64,000 bases of DNA, taken from Flavobacteriales bacterium. Its GTDB lineage: Bacteria; Bacteroidota; Bacteroidia; Flavobacteriales_D; UBA2798. Positions 19,719 to 28,196 of the stretch are shown here, piece after piece. A program made the translations under genes and the position numbers. The number at the start of each line of letters is the position of its first letter. Position 1 is the first letter of the stretch. The notes beneath the pieces were generated by a model, which saw nothing but the letters and a program-made list of their open reading frames with translations, was not told where the DNA came from and did no database searches. The DNA lies in NCBI GenBank assembly GCA_037443205.1, contig JBBIOU010000011.1, positions 1,441-65,440 on the forward strand. Direction: 5' to 3'.

Positions 19719-21368
19719 ATGTATCCAAGCGAAGATTTTTATAATTCAAACGAAGAACCAAAAAACAAATACTTTAATAAGGTAATAATATTTTACCCTT
19801 TACTGCTTTCGTTTGCATTGGCAATAGGTGTTTATTTGGGAATATTAGTTAATCCTGCCCCGGTATCGAACACCGAAAAAGAAACCATCAGTAAAATTAA
19901 CAGTTTACTTAATCTGATAGAAGATAAATATGTTGATTCAATTAATCGTGATGAATTAACCGAACAATCATTACGGGCAATTATTTCGCGTTTAGATCCA
20001 CATTCATCTTACATGACAGCCGAGGATTTTAAAAGGTCGGAAGAAGAGTTGAGCGGGAATTTTGGCGGAGTAGGTATTCAGTTTTTAATTGTAAACGACA
20101 CCTTATGTGTAACACATGTTATAGAATACAGCCCCTCGGAAGATGCGGGGGTAATACCTTTTGACAGAATAATTAGAGTAGATAGCATTAGCATGGCCGG
20201 AAGAAAAATTACCAATAACGATGTTTTTAAACACCTGCGAGGCGAAATAGGCACCAGGGTTAAAATAAAAATTTTACGCAACCGCACCGATACTTTAAAC
20301 ATGGAGTTAAAACGGGATGCGATTCCGGTTAGCAGTGTTGATGCGTCTTTTATGTTGGATGAATATACCGGGTATATAAAACTAACTCAGTTTGGAGCAA
20401 CTACATACGAAGATTTTATTGCCGCAGTAAATAAATTAAATAACAGAGGGATGAAACAACTGATATTTGATTTGCGTGATAATGGAGGAGGATATCTGGA
20501 TGCAGCCATAAAACTATCAGATGAATTTTTAGACAAAGGGAAATTAATTGTATATACCGAAGGAAAGGCATCACCTAAAGAAACCTACAAAGCTACCTCA
20601 AAAGGACGTTTACACCAAACAAAATTGGCCATACTTATTAATCATAATTCTGCATCGGCCAGCGAAATTGTAGCAGGAGCTGTGCAAGATAACGACAGAG
20701 GGATTATTCTGGGCAGACGATCGTTTGGCAAAGGCCTGGTGCAGCAACAGTTTAAACCTTTTGCCGATGAATCGGCTATACGCCTGACAGTGGCCCGCTA
20801 TTATACGCCTACAGGCAGGTGTATTCAAAAACCTTACGGCAACGGTATTGATTATGATAATGAGCAATTAGATAGGTATAATCGAAACGAATTTTTTGTG
20901 CCTGACAGTTCTATATTTGTAGATTCGCTGAAATATACAACACCTAAAGGAAAGATTGTCTATGGCGGAGGAGGTATTATGCCGGATATTTTTATTCCTT
21001 TGGATACCACCTACAGAACATCTTTTTTTTCACACCTGCAATATCTTGAAGATAGACCCATTAGCGCATTTATTTATTTATATCTGGAAAAATACCATCA
21101 CCAATTAAAATCGGCATATAAAAGTGCAACTGCCTTTAACCAAAATTTCGAAATTAATAATACAATGTATAACTCATTTTTTGAATATTTAAAAAACATA
21201 AACATTCGTTATTCAGACTCACAAAAAAAGCAATCCGAAACCATTATAAAACGTTATTTAAAAGCAGAGATTGCCCGATTTTTATGGAATAATGATGGTT
21301 ATTACAGGGTGCTTACAACAACAGATGCTGATGTACAAAAAGCATTATATGAGTTGAATAATCATTAA
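19719..21368 (+). CDS. ctp: S41 carboxy-terminal processing peptidase
   Basis: 549 aa. It has an N-terminal TM helix, a PDZ region, and the LIFDLRDNGGGYL and INHNSASASEIVAGAVQDNDRGIILGRRSFGKG catalytic motifs. Confidence 0.9.
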   Translation: MYPSEDFYNSNEEPKNKYFNKVIIFYPLLLSFALAIGVYLGILVNPAPVSNTEKETISKINSLLNLIEDKYVDSINRDELTEQSLRAIISRLDPHSSYMTAEDFKRSEEELSGNFGGVGIQFLIVNDTLCVTHVIEYSPSEDAGVIPFDRIIRVDSISMAGRKITNNDVFKHLRGEIGTRVKIKILRNRTDTLNMELKRDAIPVSSVDASFMLDEYTGYIKLTQFGATTYEDFIAAVNKLNNRGMKQLIFDLRDNGGGYLDAAIKLSDEFLDKGKLIVYTEGKASPKETYKATSKGRLHQTKLAILINHNSASASEIVAGAVQDNDRGIILGRRSFGKGLVQQQFKPFADESAIRLTVARYYTPTGRCIQKPYGNGIDYDNEQLDRYNRNEFFVPDSSIFVDSLKYTTPKGKIVYGGGGIMPDIFIPLDTTYRTSFFSHLQYLEDRPISAFIYLYLEKYHHQLKSAYKSATAFNQNFEINNTMYNSFFEYLKNINIRYSDSQKKQSETIIKRYLKAEIARFLWNNDGYYRVLTTTDADVQKALYELNNH

Positions 21369-21500
21369 ATCTTGCCTTTATTACCGATGTAATTTGGTTT
21401 TATTCTGCATTATCCATATTAATACTTGATGCTTGCCGGATGGCCTGTAACCTAAACGCCATGTGAACTATGTTTAATCTTTAATACCGGAATATAGGTT

Positions 21501-21635
21501 TATCCCACATTACGCATTAGCATGCGTAATGCTCGTCTGATGGCGGATAACCTAAATCCCTCCCCTTTGCCAAAGCACTCAGTCCGCCTCTGGCGGAAAA
21601 TTTGGATTTATTTCAAATTTTTAATACTGAATTTG
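21501..21635 (+). repeat. Dispersed intergenic repeat, copy A (135 nt, long subtype)
   Basis: About 117 of 135 positions are identical, with no indels, to the reverse complement of 43744..43878 (hand alignment). It contains the perfect hairpin cattacgcat-tagc-atgcgtaatg (21508-21531), the hairpin ccgcc-tct-ggcgg and aaatttg-N9-caaattt. Confidence 0.85.
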
Positions 21636-21669
21636 TGTTTATAATGATAATTGTTTGTAAAAATTTAAC

Positions 21670-21685
21670 ATATAAAATTTTATAT
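21670..21685. promoter_or_regulatory. Candidate operator: perfect 16-bp palindrome ATATAAAATTTTATAT upstream of the ArsR-family gene
   Basis: The perfect inverted repeat lies about 18 nt upstream of the -7 box at 21703 and 38 nt upstream of the ATG. ArsR/SmtB repressors bind AT-rich dyads that overlap their own promoters. Confidence 0.4.
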
Positions 21686-21702
21686 ATATAAAAAAACATA
21701 TA

Positions 21703-21710
21703 TATATTTG
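21703..21710 (+). promoter_or_regulatory. Putative -7 promoter element for the ArsR-rhodanese-thioredoxin operon
   Basis: TATATTTG matches TAnnTTTG, 12 nt before the ATG at 21723. Confidence 0.4.
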
Positions 21711-21722
21711 CATCGTAAAAAA

Positions 21723-22019
21723 ATGAAAAAACTGTCAAATAAAACCAAAATGCAAAGAGCGGTAGAAATGCTTAAAGCAGTTTCGCACCCGGCCCGTATG
21801 GCTATTGTAGAAATGATTATTGAACATAAAGTAATGAACGTAACAGATATATACAGCAAAATGAAAATAGAACAAGCAGTGGTCTCTCAGCATTTATCGG
21901 TGTTAAAGCAAAAGGGTGTATTGATTTGTGAGCGCTCAGGTAAAAACAGTTATTATCAATTAAGGCAGCCGCTCTTTGCTGAAATGATTAAGATAGTTAA
22001 AAAGTGTCAGGAGTGTTAA
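21723..22019 (+). CDS. ArsR/SmtB-family winged-helix regulator
   Basis: LKAVSHPARMAIVEMI...VSQHLSVLKQKGVL...GKNSYYQL is the ArsR HTH. I prefer the ATG at 21723 over the TTG at 21708. There is no CVC (alpha3N) or alpha5 metal site. The cysteines are one in the wing (LICER) and a C-terminal CQEC. Confidence 0.85.
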   Translation: MKKLSNKTKMQRAVEMLKAVSHPARMAIVEMIIEHKVMNVTDIYSKMKIEQAVVSQHLSVLKQKGVLICERSGKNSYYQLRQPLFAEMIKIVKKCQEC

Positions 22020-22035
22020 TGTTTAAATATATAGT

Positions 22036-22476
22036 ATGATTAAAAAAGGAAATAAGCTGTATAGTATTTTTAAGTTTAAATGCCCGCATTGCCATGAAGG
22101 AAAATTTTTTATTTCAGATAATCCGTACAATTTAAAATATGCCGGAGATATACATAATAAATGTCGGGTGTGTGGCAGAAAATTAAGTATGGAGCCGGGT
22201 TTTTATTATGGAGCCATGTATGTGGCTTATGCTTTGGGCGTTGCATTATTTGTTTCAATAATTGTTGCCATTTATGTATTGTTCCCCGAGGCTTCGTCAG
22301 AAGTATATTTAATAGCTGTACTAAGCGGTCTGATTTTGGCGGGTCCTTGGTTATACGCACTGTCTAAAATTATTTGGGCAAACTTTTTTTGGTCATACAA
22401 AGGCACACAATTAACAGAACAGGAAGTTTTAAAAAATAATAAAACAATTGTCAAATCACAAACCATTAAAAATTAA
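22036..22476 (+). CDS. DUF983-like membrane protein with an N-terminal zinc ribbon
   Basis: CPHC...CRVC is followed by EPGFYYGAMYVAYAL and two TM helices, the DUF983 pattern as I recall it. Confidence 0.6.
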   Translation: MIKKGNKLYSIFKFKCPHCHEGKFFISDNPYNLKYAGDIHNKCRVCGRKLSMEPGFYYGAMYVAYALGVALFVSIIVAIYVLFPEASSEVYLIAVLSGLILAGPWLYALSKIIWANFFWSYKGTQLTEQEVLKNNKTIVKSQTIKN

Positions 22477-22481
22477 AAATT

Positions 22482-22769
22482 ATGAGCATCTTTTCAATAT
22501 TCAATAAAAAACATCAAATAACCGATGAGTTAAAATCAAAAGCTATTATTATAGACGTACGCACACCGGCTGAATTTCAATCGGGGCATTATCAAGGTTC
22601 AAAAAATATACCATTACAAAATTTAGAACAAAAAATTAATGAAATAAAAAAATACCAAAAACCCGTAATTGTTTGTTGCGCTTCCGGAATGCGCAGTGCA
22701 AGCGCCTGTTCAATACTTAAGAAACAGGGCATAGAAACATACGATGCAGGGAGTTGGTATAACTTATAA
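22482..22769 (+). CDS. Single-domain rhodanese (sulfurtransferase)
   Basis: 95 aa. The active-site loop CCASGMRS follows IIDVRTPAEFQSGH. Confidence 0.85.
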   Translation: MSIFSIFNKKHQITDELKSKAIIIDVRTPAEFQSGHYQGSKNIPLQNLEQKINEIKKYQKPVIVCCASGMRSASACSILKKQGIETYDAGSWYNL

Positions 22770-22781
22770 ATATATACTATC

Positions 22782-23150
22782 ATGATGCATACAATTTTAA
22801 TTTGGTGTTTTATTGCAATTACCCAAAATGGATTTAAAAATATTGATGTTGATACGTTTAAAAGTATAGCGCAAAACAAAAATATTACTATACTGGATGT
22901 GCGTACAGCAGAAGAGGTTAAAAGCGGAAAAATAAAAAATGCCATACACATTGATTTTTTTGATAAGGAATTTGATAATAAAATTAATTTATTGGATAAA
23001 AGTAAACCCGTGTATGTGTATTGTAAAGTTGGCGGCAGAAGTATACGTGCGGCAGAAAAATTAATTAAGTCAGGATTTAATACAGTTTATAACCTGACAG
23101 GTGGCATAGACGCGTGGAAAGCTAAAAATTACCCAACTGTAACTAAATAA
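22782..23150 (+). CDS. Single-domain rhodanese, probably exported
   Basis: 122 aa. It has a hydrophobic N-terminus, [10 protein letters not shown], the active-site loop YCKVGGRS and GGIDAW. Confidence 0.8.
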   Translation: MMHTILIWCFIAITQNGFKNIDVDTFKSIAQNKNITILDVRTAEEVKSGKIKNAIHIDFFDKEFDNKINLLDKSKPVYVYCKVGGRSIRAAEKLIKSGFNTVYNLTGGIDAWKAKNYPTVTK

Positions 23151-23158
23151 TAATTACT

Positions 23159-23455
23159 ATGAGTACGTTTAATGAATTAATAAAATCAGAAAAGCCTGTA
23201 TTGGTAGATTTTTTTGCAACCTGGTGTGGACCTTGTAAGATGATGACTCCTGTTTTGGAGCAAGTATCGGCTCAATTAGGTGATAAAGCAACCATTATAA
23301 AGGTAGATGTAGATAAAAATCCACAAGCGGCATCAGTTTATGGCATACAAGGAGTGCCAACGCTTATATTGTTTAAAAAAGGTAATATCGTATGGAGGCA
23401 ATCGGGTGTAGTGCCTGCGCCACAATTATTGCAAATCATCAATCAACATGTTTGA
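23159..23455 (+). CDS. trxA: Thioredoxin
   Basis: 98 aa with the WCGPC active site and a GVPTLILFK fold motif. Confidence 0.9.
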   Translation: MSTFNELIKSEKPVLVDFFATWCGPCKMMTPVLEQVSAQLGDKATIIKVDVDKNPQAASVYGIQGVPTLILFKKGNIVWRQSGVVPAPQLLQIINQHV

Positions 23456-23684
23456 GTTTAAAAACATCAAACCGTTTTTATTGCCTTTTTTAGCGGCAAT
23501 AAGTTTAGGTTTGGCGCCCTACCATGAACCCCATCTTTGGGGTAAAATCAGATGGATAGCAGGAGGCGCTAAAGGAATGCAATTTATTGATTGGTTTGAT
23601 TTTATGATGCATGCATCGCCCTGGATATGGCTGTTTGTGATTATTTTTAAGCAATTCGTTTTGAAAACTAACACCCGAATGTGA
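23448..23684 (+). CDS. Small conserved-looking membrane protein, function unknown
   Basis: 78 aa with two hydrophobic helices. It overlaps the trxA stop by 8 nt, so it is probably co-translated. Confidence 0.5.
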   Translation: MFEFKNIKPFLLPFLAAISLGLAPYHEPHLWGKIRWIAGGAKGMQFIDWFDFMMHASPWIWLFVIIFKQFVLKTNTRM

Positions 23685-23744
23685 ATAGAACATAAATTTT
23701 AATTTGCCATGATTTTTTAAGCTTTGTACATTTGTATTTACATT

Positions 23745-24011
23745 ATGGCTCAATCTGTAAATGTAAATACGCACCTTAGCATTATTACAATTAATGATCT
23801 GAAAGATAAATATTTTTCAGGAGATGCGCTTAACGATCAGGAATTACAAGCTTTAAAAAACTACGATCGTTACAGAATAGCATATTTAAACTCTGCGCAA
23901 AGCGAGGAAGAATTTTCTAAAAGATATATTGATTTACAAGCTAAAGCCAATTTGTCGCCTTATACCGAATTCCTTTTACCGCCTTATTCTAACCATTTAA
24001 TAAATCAATAA
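23745..24011 (+). CDS. Hypothetical protein
   Basis: 88 aa from the ATG at 23745. It is a clean ORF with ordinary composition. No family was recognised. Confidence 0.4.
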   Translation: MAQSVNVNTHLSIITINDLKDKYFSGDALNDQELQALKNYDRYRIAYLNSAQSEEEFSKRYIDLQAKANLSPYTEFLLPPYSNHLINQ

Positions 24012-24012
24012 T

Positions 24013-24204
24013 ATGCAGGCAATAATAAATAAAATAACCACACGTTTTTTTGTAAATAATGTGGTTATGCTCACTGTATTAGCATTAATAAACAAGTTGT
24101 CTGCTTATGTCAATAAGCGTTGGGGATGGTTTTTTACTAACGGCAACAAAGAGCCTTATGTTGAACTTTATCCCTGGCGGGAAGAGTGGGGTATAGAACA
24201 ATAA
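24013..24204 (+). CDS. Hypothetical small membrane protein
   Basis: 63 aa with one TM helix and a Trp-rich tail. It starts 1 nt after the preceding stop. Confidence 0.35.
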   Translation: MQAIINKITTRFFVNNVVMLTVLALINKLSAYVNKRWGWFFTNGNKEPYVELYPWREEWGIEQ

Positions 24205-24206
24205 TA

Positions 24207-25250
24207 TTATTTGTTTAACAGTGCATCCCACCCTTGGGCTTTAAGCGGTATTGCCTGATTTGCCTGGTTGATTAAGTTAGCTCCTTGCGATTTATCGGTT
24301 ATATAACCAATCACTGTAAAAAGTTTACTGTTTTTTATTTTATCAAAATCATTTTGATTGATAGTAAAAAGCAATTCGTAATCTTCACCACCATTTAGCG
24401 CACAGGTAACAGGCTCAAGATTAAAATCTTCGGCAGCAGAAATTAAAGCGTGATCTAAAGGTATTTTATCAATGTAAACATTGCAACCCACATTAGATTG
24501 CTTGCATATATGCAGCAATTCTGAGGCAAGACCGTCAGAAATGTCAATCATGCCGGTTGGTTTGACGTTATATTCTTCAAAAAATTTGATAACATCTTTT
24601 CGGGCTTCAGGTTTAAGTTGTCTTTCTAACAAGTAATCGTGTCCGGTTAAATCAGGCTGTATATTCGGATTAGCTTTAAATACTTCTTTTTCTCTTTCTA
24701 ATATTTGCAAACCCATATAAGCTGAGCCTAAATCACCGCTCACCACAATTAAATCGTTGGGTTTAGCTCCGTTTCTGTAAACAACCTTGTCTTTTTTTGC
24801 GCTGCCTATTGCCGTAATACTGATGCTAAGTCCTGAACGGGAAGAGGTAGTGTCTCCCCCTACTATATCTACACCATATATTTTACAGGCTAATATCATT
24901 CCGGCATAAAGTTCTTCAACGGCTTCTAAAGAAAAACGATTACTCAACGACAGCGAAATAACAATTTGTTCAGGAGTGCCATTCATTGCATAAATATCAG
25001 ATAAATTTACAATGACCGCTTTATAGCCTAAATGTTTTAAGGGTACATACATTAAGTCAAAATGAACGCCTTCTGTCAGCAGATCGGTAGTAATTAGTTT
25101 TACATTTCCGTTGTGGCAGTCTATTACTGCGGCATCATCGCCTATGCCCTTTAGTGTATCAGGGTTCTTTGTTTCAATATGTTTAGAAAGATGTTCGATT
25201 AATCCAAATTCTCCCAAACTTGATAGCTCTGTTCTTTTATTGTTTTGCAT
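24207..25250 (-). CDS. thiL: Thiamine-monophosphate kinase
   Basis: 347 aa AIR-synthase-like protein (IGDDAAVI, TTDLLTEGVHF, GGDT, ISDGL). Confidence 0.88.
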   Translation of the reverse strand: MQNNKRTELSSLGEFGLIEHLSKHIETKNPDTLKGIGDDAAVIDCHNGNVKLITTDLLTEGVHFDLMYVPLKHLGYKAVIVNLSDIYAMNGTPEQIVISLSLSNRFSLEAVEELYAGMILACKIYGVDIVGGDTTSSRSGLSISITAIGSAKKDKVVYRNGAKPNDLIVVSGDLGSAYMGLQILEREKEVFKANPNIQPDLTGHDYLLERQLKPEARKDVIKFFEEYNVKPTGMIDISDGLASELLHICKQSNVGCNVYIDKIPLDHALISAAEDFNLEPVTCALNGGEDYELLFTINQNDFDKIKNSKLFTVIGYITDKSQGANLINQANQAIPLKAQGWDALLNK

Positions 25251-25317
25251 AATACAAAGGTAGTTAAATTGCCAGTAAGATTTTTTTAGCAGACCAATAT
25301 AAGTTTGCCCGATGCTT

Positions 25318-26040
25318 TTACTTTTTATGTTCGGCTAAAAATGTTCTTTTAGATTTTGAATGATTAAAAATATCTGCAAAATCTTTTGCCTCTGCTATAT
25401 CGTATGTTCCTATTCGAGTTCTTCGCAAGTTGTATAAATATGCCAGGGTGTTTAGTTTTATACCAAAGTCGTTAGCAATGCTTCTGATGTAGGTGCCTTT
25501 AGAACATTCTATAATAAAATCTACCAATGGTAATTCTACGTTTGTTATTTCAAACCGATATAATTCTATTTGATGCGATTTTATTTTTACTTCCTCACCG
25601 TTGCGGGCGCTTGTATAAGCGTTAACTCCATTTATTTTTTTGGCAGAAAATATGGGTGCTGTTTGCCATTGTTTTCCTAAAAATGAATTGGCTGCTTTTA
25701 CCAGGAGCTCACGCGTAATGTGGTTAGTGCTCATTTTTTGATTTACGGCTGTTTCGCGGTCGTAAGAAGGGGTGGAGGCTCCTAAAAATATTGTGCCGGT
25801 GTATTGTTTACGTGCTTCTTGTATGATGGGTATTTGTTTAGTTGCTTTTCCGGCACATACAATTAATAAACCGGTTGCAAGCGGGTCTAAGGTTCCTGCA
25901 TGTCCGATTTTAATTTTTTGACGGGGATATTTTTTTTTAAAATAAAATCGAAGTTTATTTATCACATCAAACGATGTCCATTCATACGGTTTATCAATCA
26001 GAAAAACACTGCCTTTTTCGAAATCTATTTCATCATTCAT
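25318..26040 (-). CDS. truB: tRNA pseudouridine(55) synthase
   Basis: The motifs KIGHAGTLDPLATGLL and GTYIRS are present. Confidence 0.92.
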   Translation of the reverse strand: MNDEIDFEKGSVFLIDKPYEWTSFDVINKLRFYFKKKYPRQKIKIGHAGTLDPLATGLLIVCAGKATKQIPIIQEARKQYTGTIFLGASTPSYDRETAVNQKMSTNHITRELLVKAANSFLGKQWQTAPIFSAKKINGVNAYTSARNGEEVKIKSHQIELYRFEITNVELPLVDFIIECSKGTYIRSIANDFGIKLNTLAYLYNLRRTRIGTYDIAEAKDFADIFNHSKSKRTFLAEHKK

Positions 26041-26819
26041 CAGGCTATATTTAAATTATATCCCAGTAATAATAATAATAAAATAAGTGTGCCTACTGCA
26101 ATTCTGTAATAACCAAATATTTTAAATCCGTATCGGGTAACAAAAGTTATAAAAAATTTTATGGCCAGCATAGCTACAATAAAGGCAATTACATTACCTA
26201 ATAACAGGGTATTTATTTGTGTATTATCAATGGTTTTGTATGTTTTTAAGAGTTTATATGCGCTGGCGGCAAACATGGTTGGAACAGCTAAAAAAAAAGA
26301 AAATTCGGTGGCTGTTTTTTTGTCTAATTTTTGTGTCAGACCACCAACGATACTTGCTGCAGAACGCGATATGCCCGGTATTAATGCCAGGCATTGAAAT
26401 AAGCCTATTTTTAGTGCTTTGCCATAGGTTATTTGCGGTGTTGCATCAGGCCGGTTTAACCATTTATCTACAAACAGTAAAATAATACCTCCTAAGATTA
26501 GTGATATGGCAACAACTTCAACGCTTTCCAGTAATTCATCAATTTTATTTCCTAATAAAAATCCTGCTATAGCTGCGGGTATAAAAGCTATTAGCAACTG
26601 CATATAAAATTTAATAGATTGAAAAAATTTTTTGTAGTAAAGAACGATGACAGATAAAATAGCGCCAAATTGTATATTAACGGTAAATACTTTTACAAAT
26701 TCAGAACTTTCTATTCCCAAAATTTTTTGAGTAATTATCATGTGTCCGGTAGATGATATTGGCAGAAATTCAGTTATACCCTCTACAATAGCAATAATTA
26801 TAGCCTGCAGAATATCCAT
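26040..26819 (-). CDS. uppP: Undecaprenyl-diphosphate phosphatase
   Basis: 259 aa polytopic protein. [10 protein letters not shown] and PGISRSA are BacA/UppP signatures. Its stop overlaps the truB start (TGATG). Confidence 0.92.
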   Translation of the reverse strand: MDILQAIIIAIVEGITEFLPISSTGHMIITQKILGIESSEFVKVFTVNIQFGAILSVIVLYYKKFFQSIKFYMQLLIAFIPAAIAGFLLGNKIDELLESVEVVAISLILGGIILLFVDKWLNRPDATPQITYGKALKIGLFQCLALIPGISRSAASIVGGLTQKLDKKTATEFSFFLAVPTMFAASAYKLLKTYKTIDNTQINTLLLGNVIAFIVAMLAIKFFITFVTRYGFKIFGYYRIAVGTLILLLLLLGYNLNIA

Positions 26820-26828
26820 TTATATTGA

Positions 26829-27140
26829 TTAGTCTTTGCGTTTTTTAAGTATGGCGTATATAATTACTCCATAACCCAAAAGCACAATGATTGGCGACAA
26901 GGTAATTCTGCGAAAACTAAATAATTCTTCTTTTTTAAATACGTTTGGATCTTCTGATCCACCCCCTATCATAAGTAAAAAACCAATGATAACCAAAACA
27001 GCTCCTGCGGTTAAAATCAAATAATTTTGTTTACCGTAAGTAAGTTTTTCGCTTTCTTTATTTTGATTATTTGTTTTTGCAGAAAGGGTTTGTTCTATAT
27101 CCACCATTCTACCGGATGTATTTTTTTGTTTGTTTTTCAT
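26829..27140 (-). CDS. DUF3098-like small membrane protein
   Basis: 103 aa with two TM helices. Its position between ftsX and uppP is typical of Bacteroidota as I recall it. Confidence 0.55.
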   Translation of the reverse strand: MKNKQKNTSGRMVDIEQTLSAKTNNQNKESEKLTYGKQNYLILTAGAVLVIIGFLLMIGGGSEDPNVFKKEELFSFRRITLSPIIVLLGYGVIIYAILKKRKD

Positions 27141-27209
27141 TTCAATAAAGTTGTTATAGAATATATGGTTTGCTGCAAAGGTATCTTTTTTCTCCTAATG
27201 TAACTATCA

Positions 27210-28070
27210 TTAAAACAGATAATCGCTCTTAATTCTTAGATATTTTCTTAATGCAAAATAGGTAGAGGTCCACGAAATGATAATCCCTAATAAAATAACT
27301 CCTGCAAATAGTATAATTATTTGTTTTAATTCGGTAATTTGTTTTAAGTCGGGCCACCAGTTTATCGCATAATACATTACTCCGGTAATGAGCATCATAG
27401 ATAGCAGGCCGGCTATTATACCATTGATCAGTGCCCGTAACATAAAGGGTTTGCGAATAAATCGTTCGGTTGCACCAACCAGTTGCATACTTTTTATTAA
27501 TAGTCGTTTAGCGTATATAGTTAACCTGATTGTATTGTTTATCAATGCAATGGCTACCAGCAGCAATAAAGCTGAAAAAACCAGAACCATATATAAAAGC
27601 ATTTTGGCATTTTCGTTAATGTGTTTAAACATATTTTTATTGTACGAAATTTCCTGTATGGCATCGGCATATTCGGCCATTAGCATCGCTTCTATATTTT
27701 GTACGCTGTCTAAATTTGCCCAATCTGATTTGATATAAATTTCTAATGATGCCCAAATCGGGTTGTATCCGAAAAGCCCTTCTTCAATATCATCGCCCCA
27801 TATTTTTTTTGTTTCCTGTAAGGCTTCATCTTTGCTTATATAATCAGCGCTTTTAATATATTTTTCGGTTAATAATGTTTTTTCAATTTGTCGTATTTCG
27901 TTTTCTTTTGTCTTTTCTTTAAAAAAAATATCTATTCGGATATTTTCTTTAGCGTTTTTAGTTAGTGTGTTAGCGCTAAGCACTATCCAGCCTACCATGC
28001 CAAGCATAAACAGCACCAGTGATATGCCAATAATGGTGGAAATTTGAGAGGTGTTTCCTTTTGTTTTCAT
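27210..28070 (-). CDS. ftsX: Cell-division permease FtsX
   Basis: 286 aa. It has an N-terminal TM helix, a periplasmic domain and a C-terminal three-TM FtsX-like permease domain ([15 protein letters not shown]). Confidence 0.85.
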   Translation of the reverse strand: MKTKGNTSQISTIIGISLVLFMLGMVGWIVLSANTLTKNAKENIRIDIFFKEKTKENEIRQIEKTLLTEKYIKSADYISKDEALQETKKIWGDDIEEGLFGYNPIWASLEIYIKSDWANLDSVQNIEAMLMAEYADAIQEISYNKNMFKHINENAKMLLYMVLVFSALLLLVAIALINNTIRLTIYAKRLLIKSMQLVGATERFIRKPFMLRALINGIIAGLLSMMLITGVMYYAINWWPDLKQITELKQIIILFAGVILLGIIISWTSTYFALRKYLRIKSDYLF

Positions 28071-28168
28071 TACAACAAATTTTCAATAATTTTTTTACTT
28101 CCGAAAGCCACCATGGAGTTTATTGCCAAAAGCAATATGTTAATAAAGTTTACTGAGGTTTATATTAT

Positions 28169-28176
28169 TAAATTTG
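28169..28176 (+). promoter_or_regulatory. Putative -7 promoter element for leuS
   Basis: TAAATTTG matches TAnnTTTG, 20 nt before the ATG at 28197. Confidence 0.4.
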
Positions 28177-28196
28177 CGCACTTACAAATTAACAGA

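Noticed and set aside
28044-28196. The TTG/ATG-extended N-termini offered by the ORF track for leuS. The same issue applies to the track starts at 49621 for ubiE, 48769 for the PorT-like gene, 19222, 21708, 42531, 44053, 45788 and 23724.
   Set aside because: The extensions overlap neighbouring genes or add non-conserved hydrophobic junk. Internal ATGs give canonical family N-termini and sit at the right distance from TAnnTTTG boxes.
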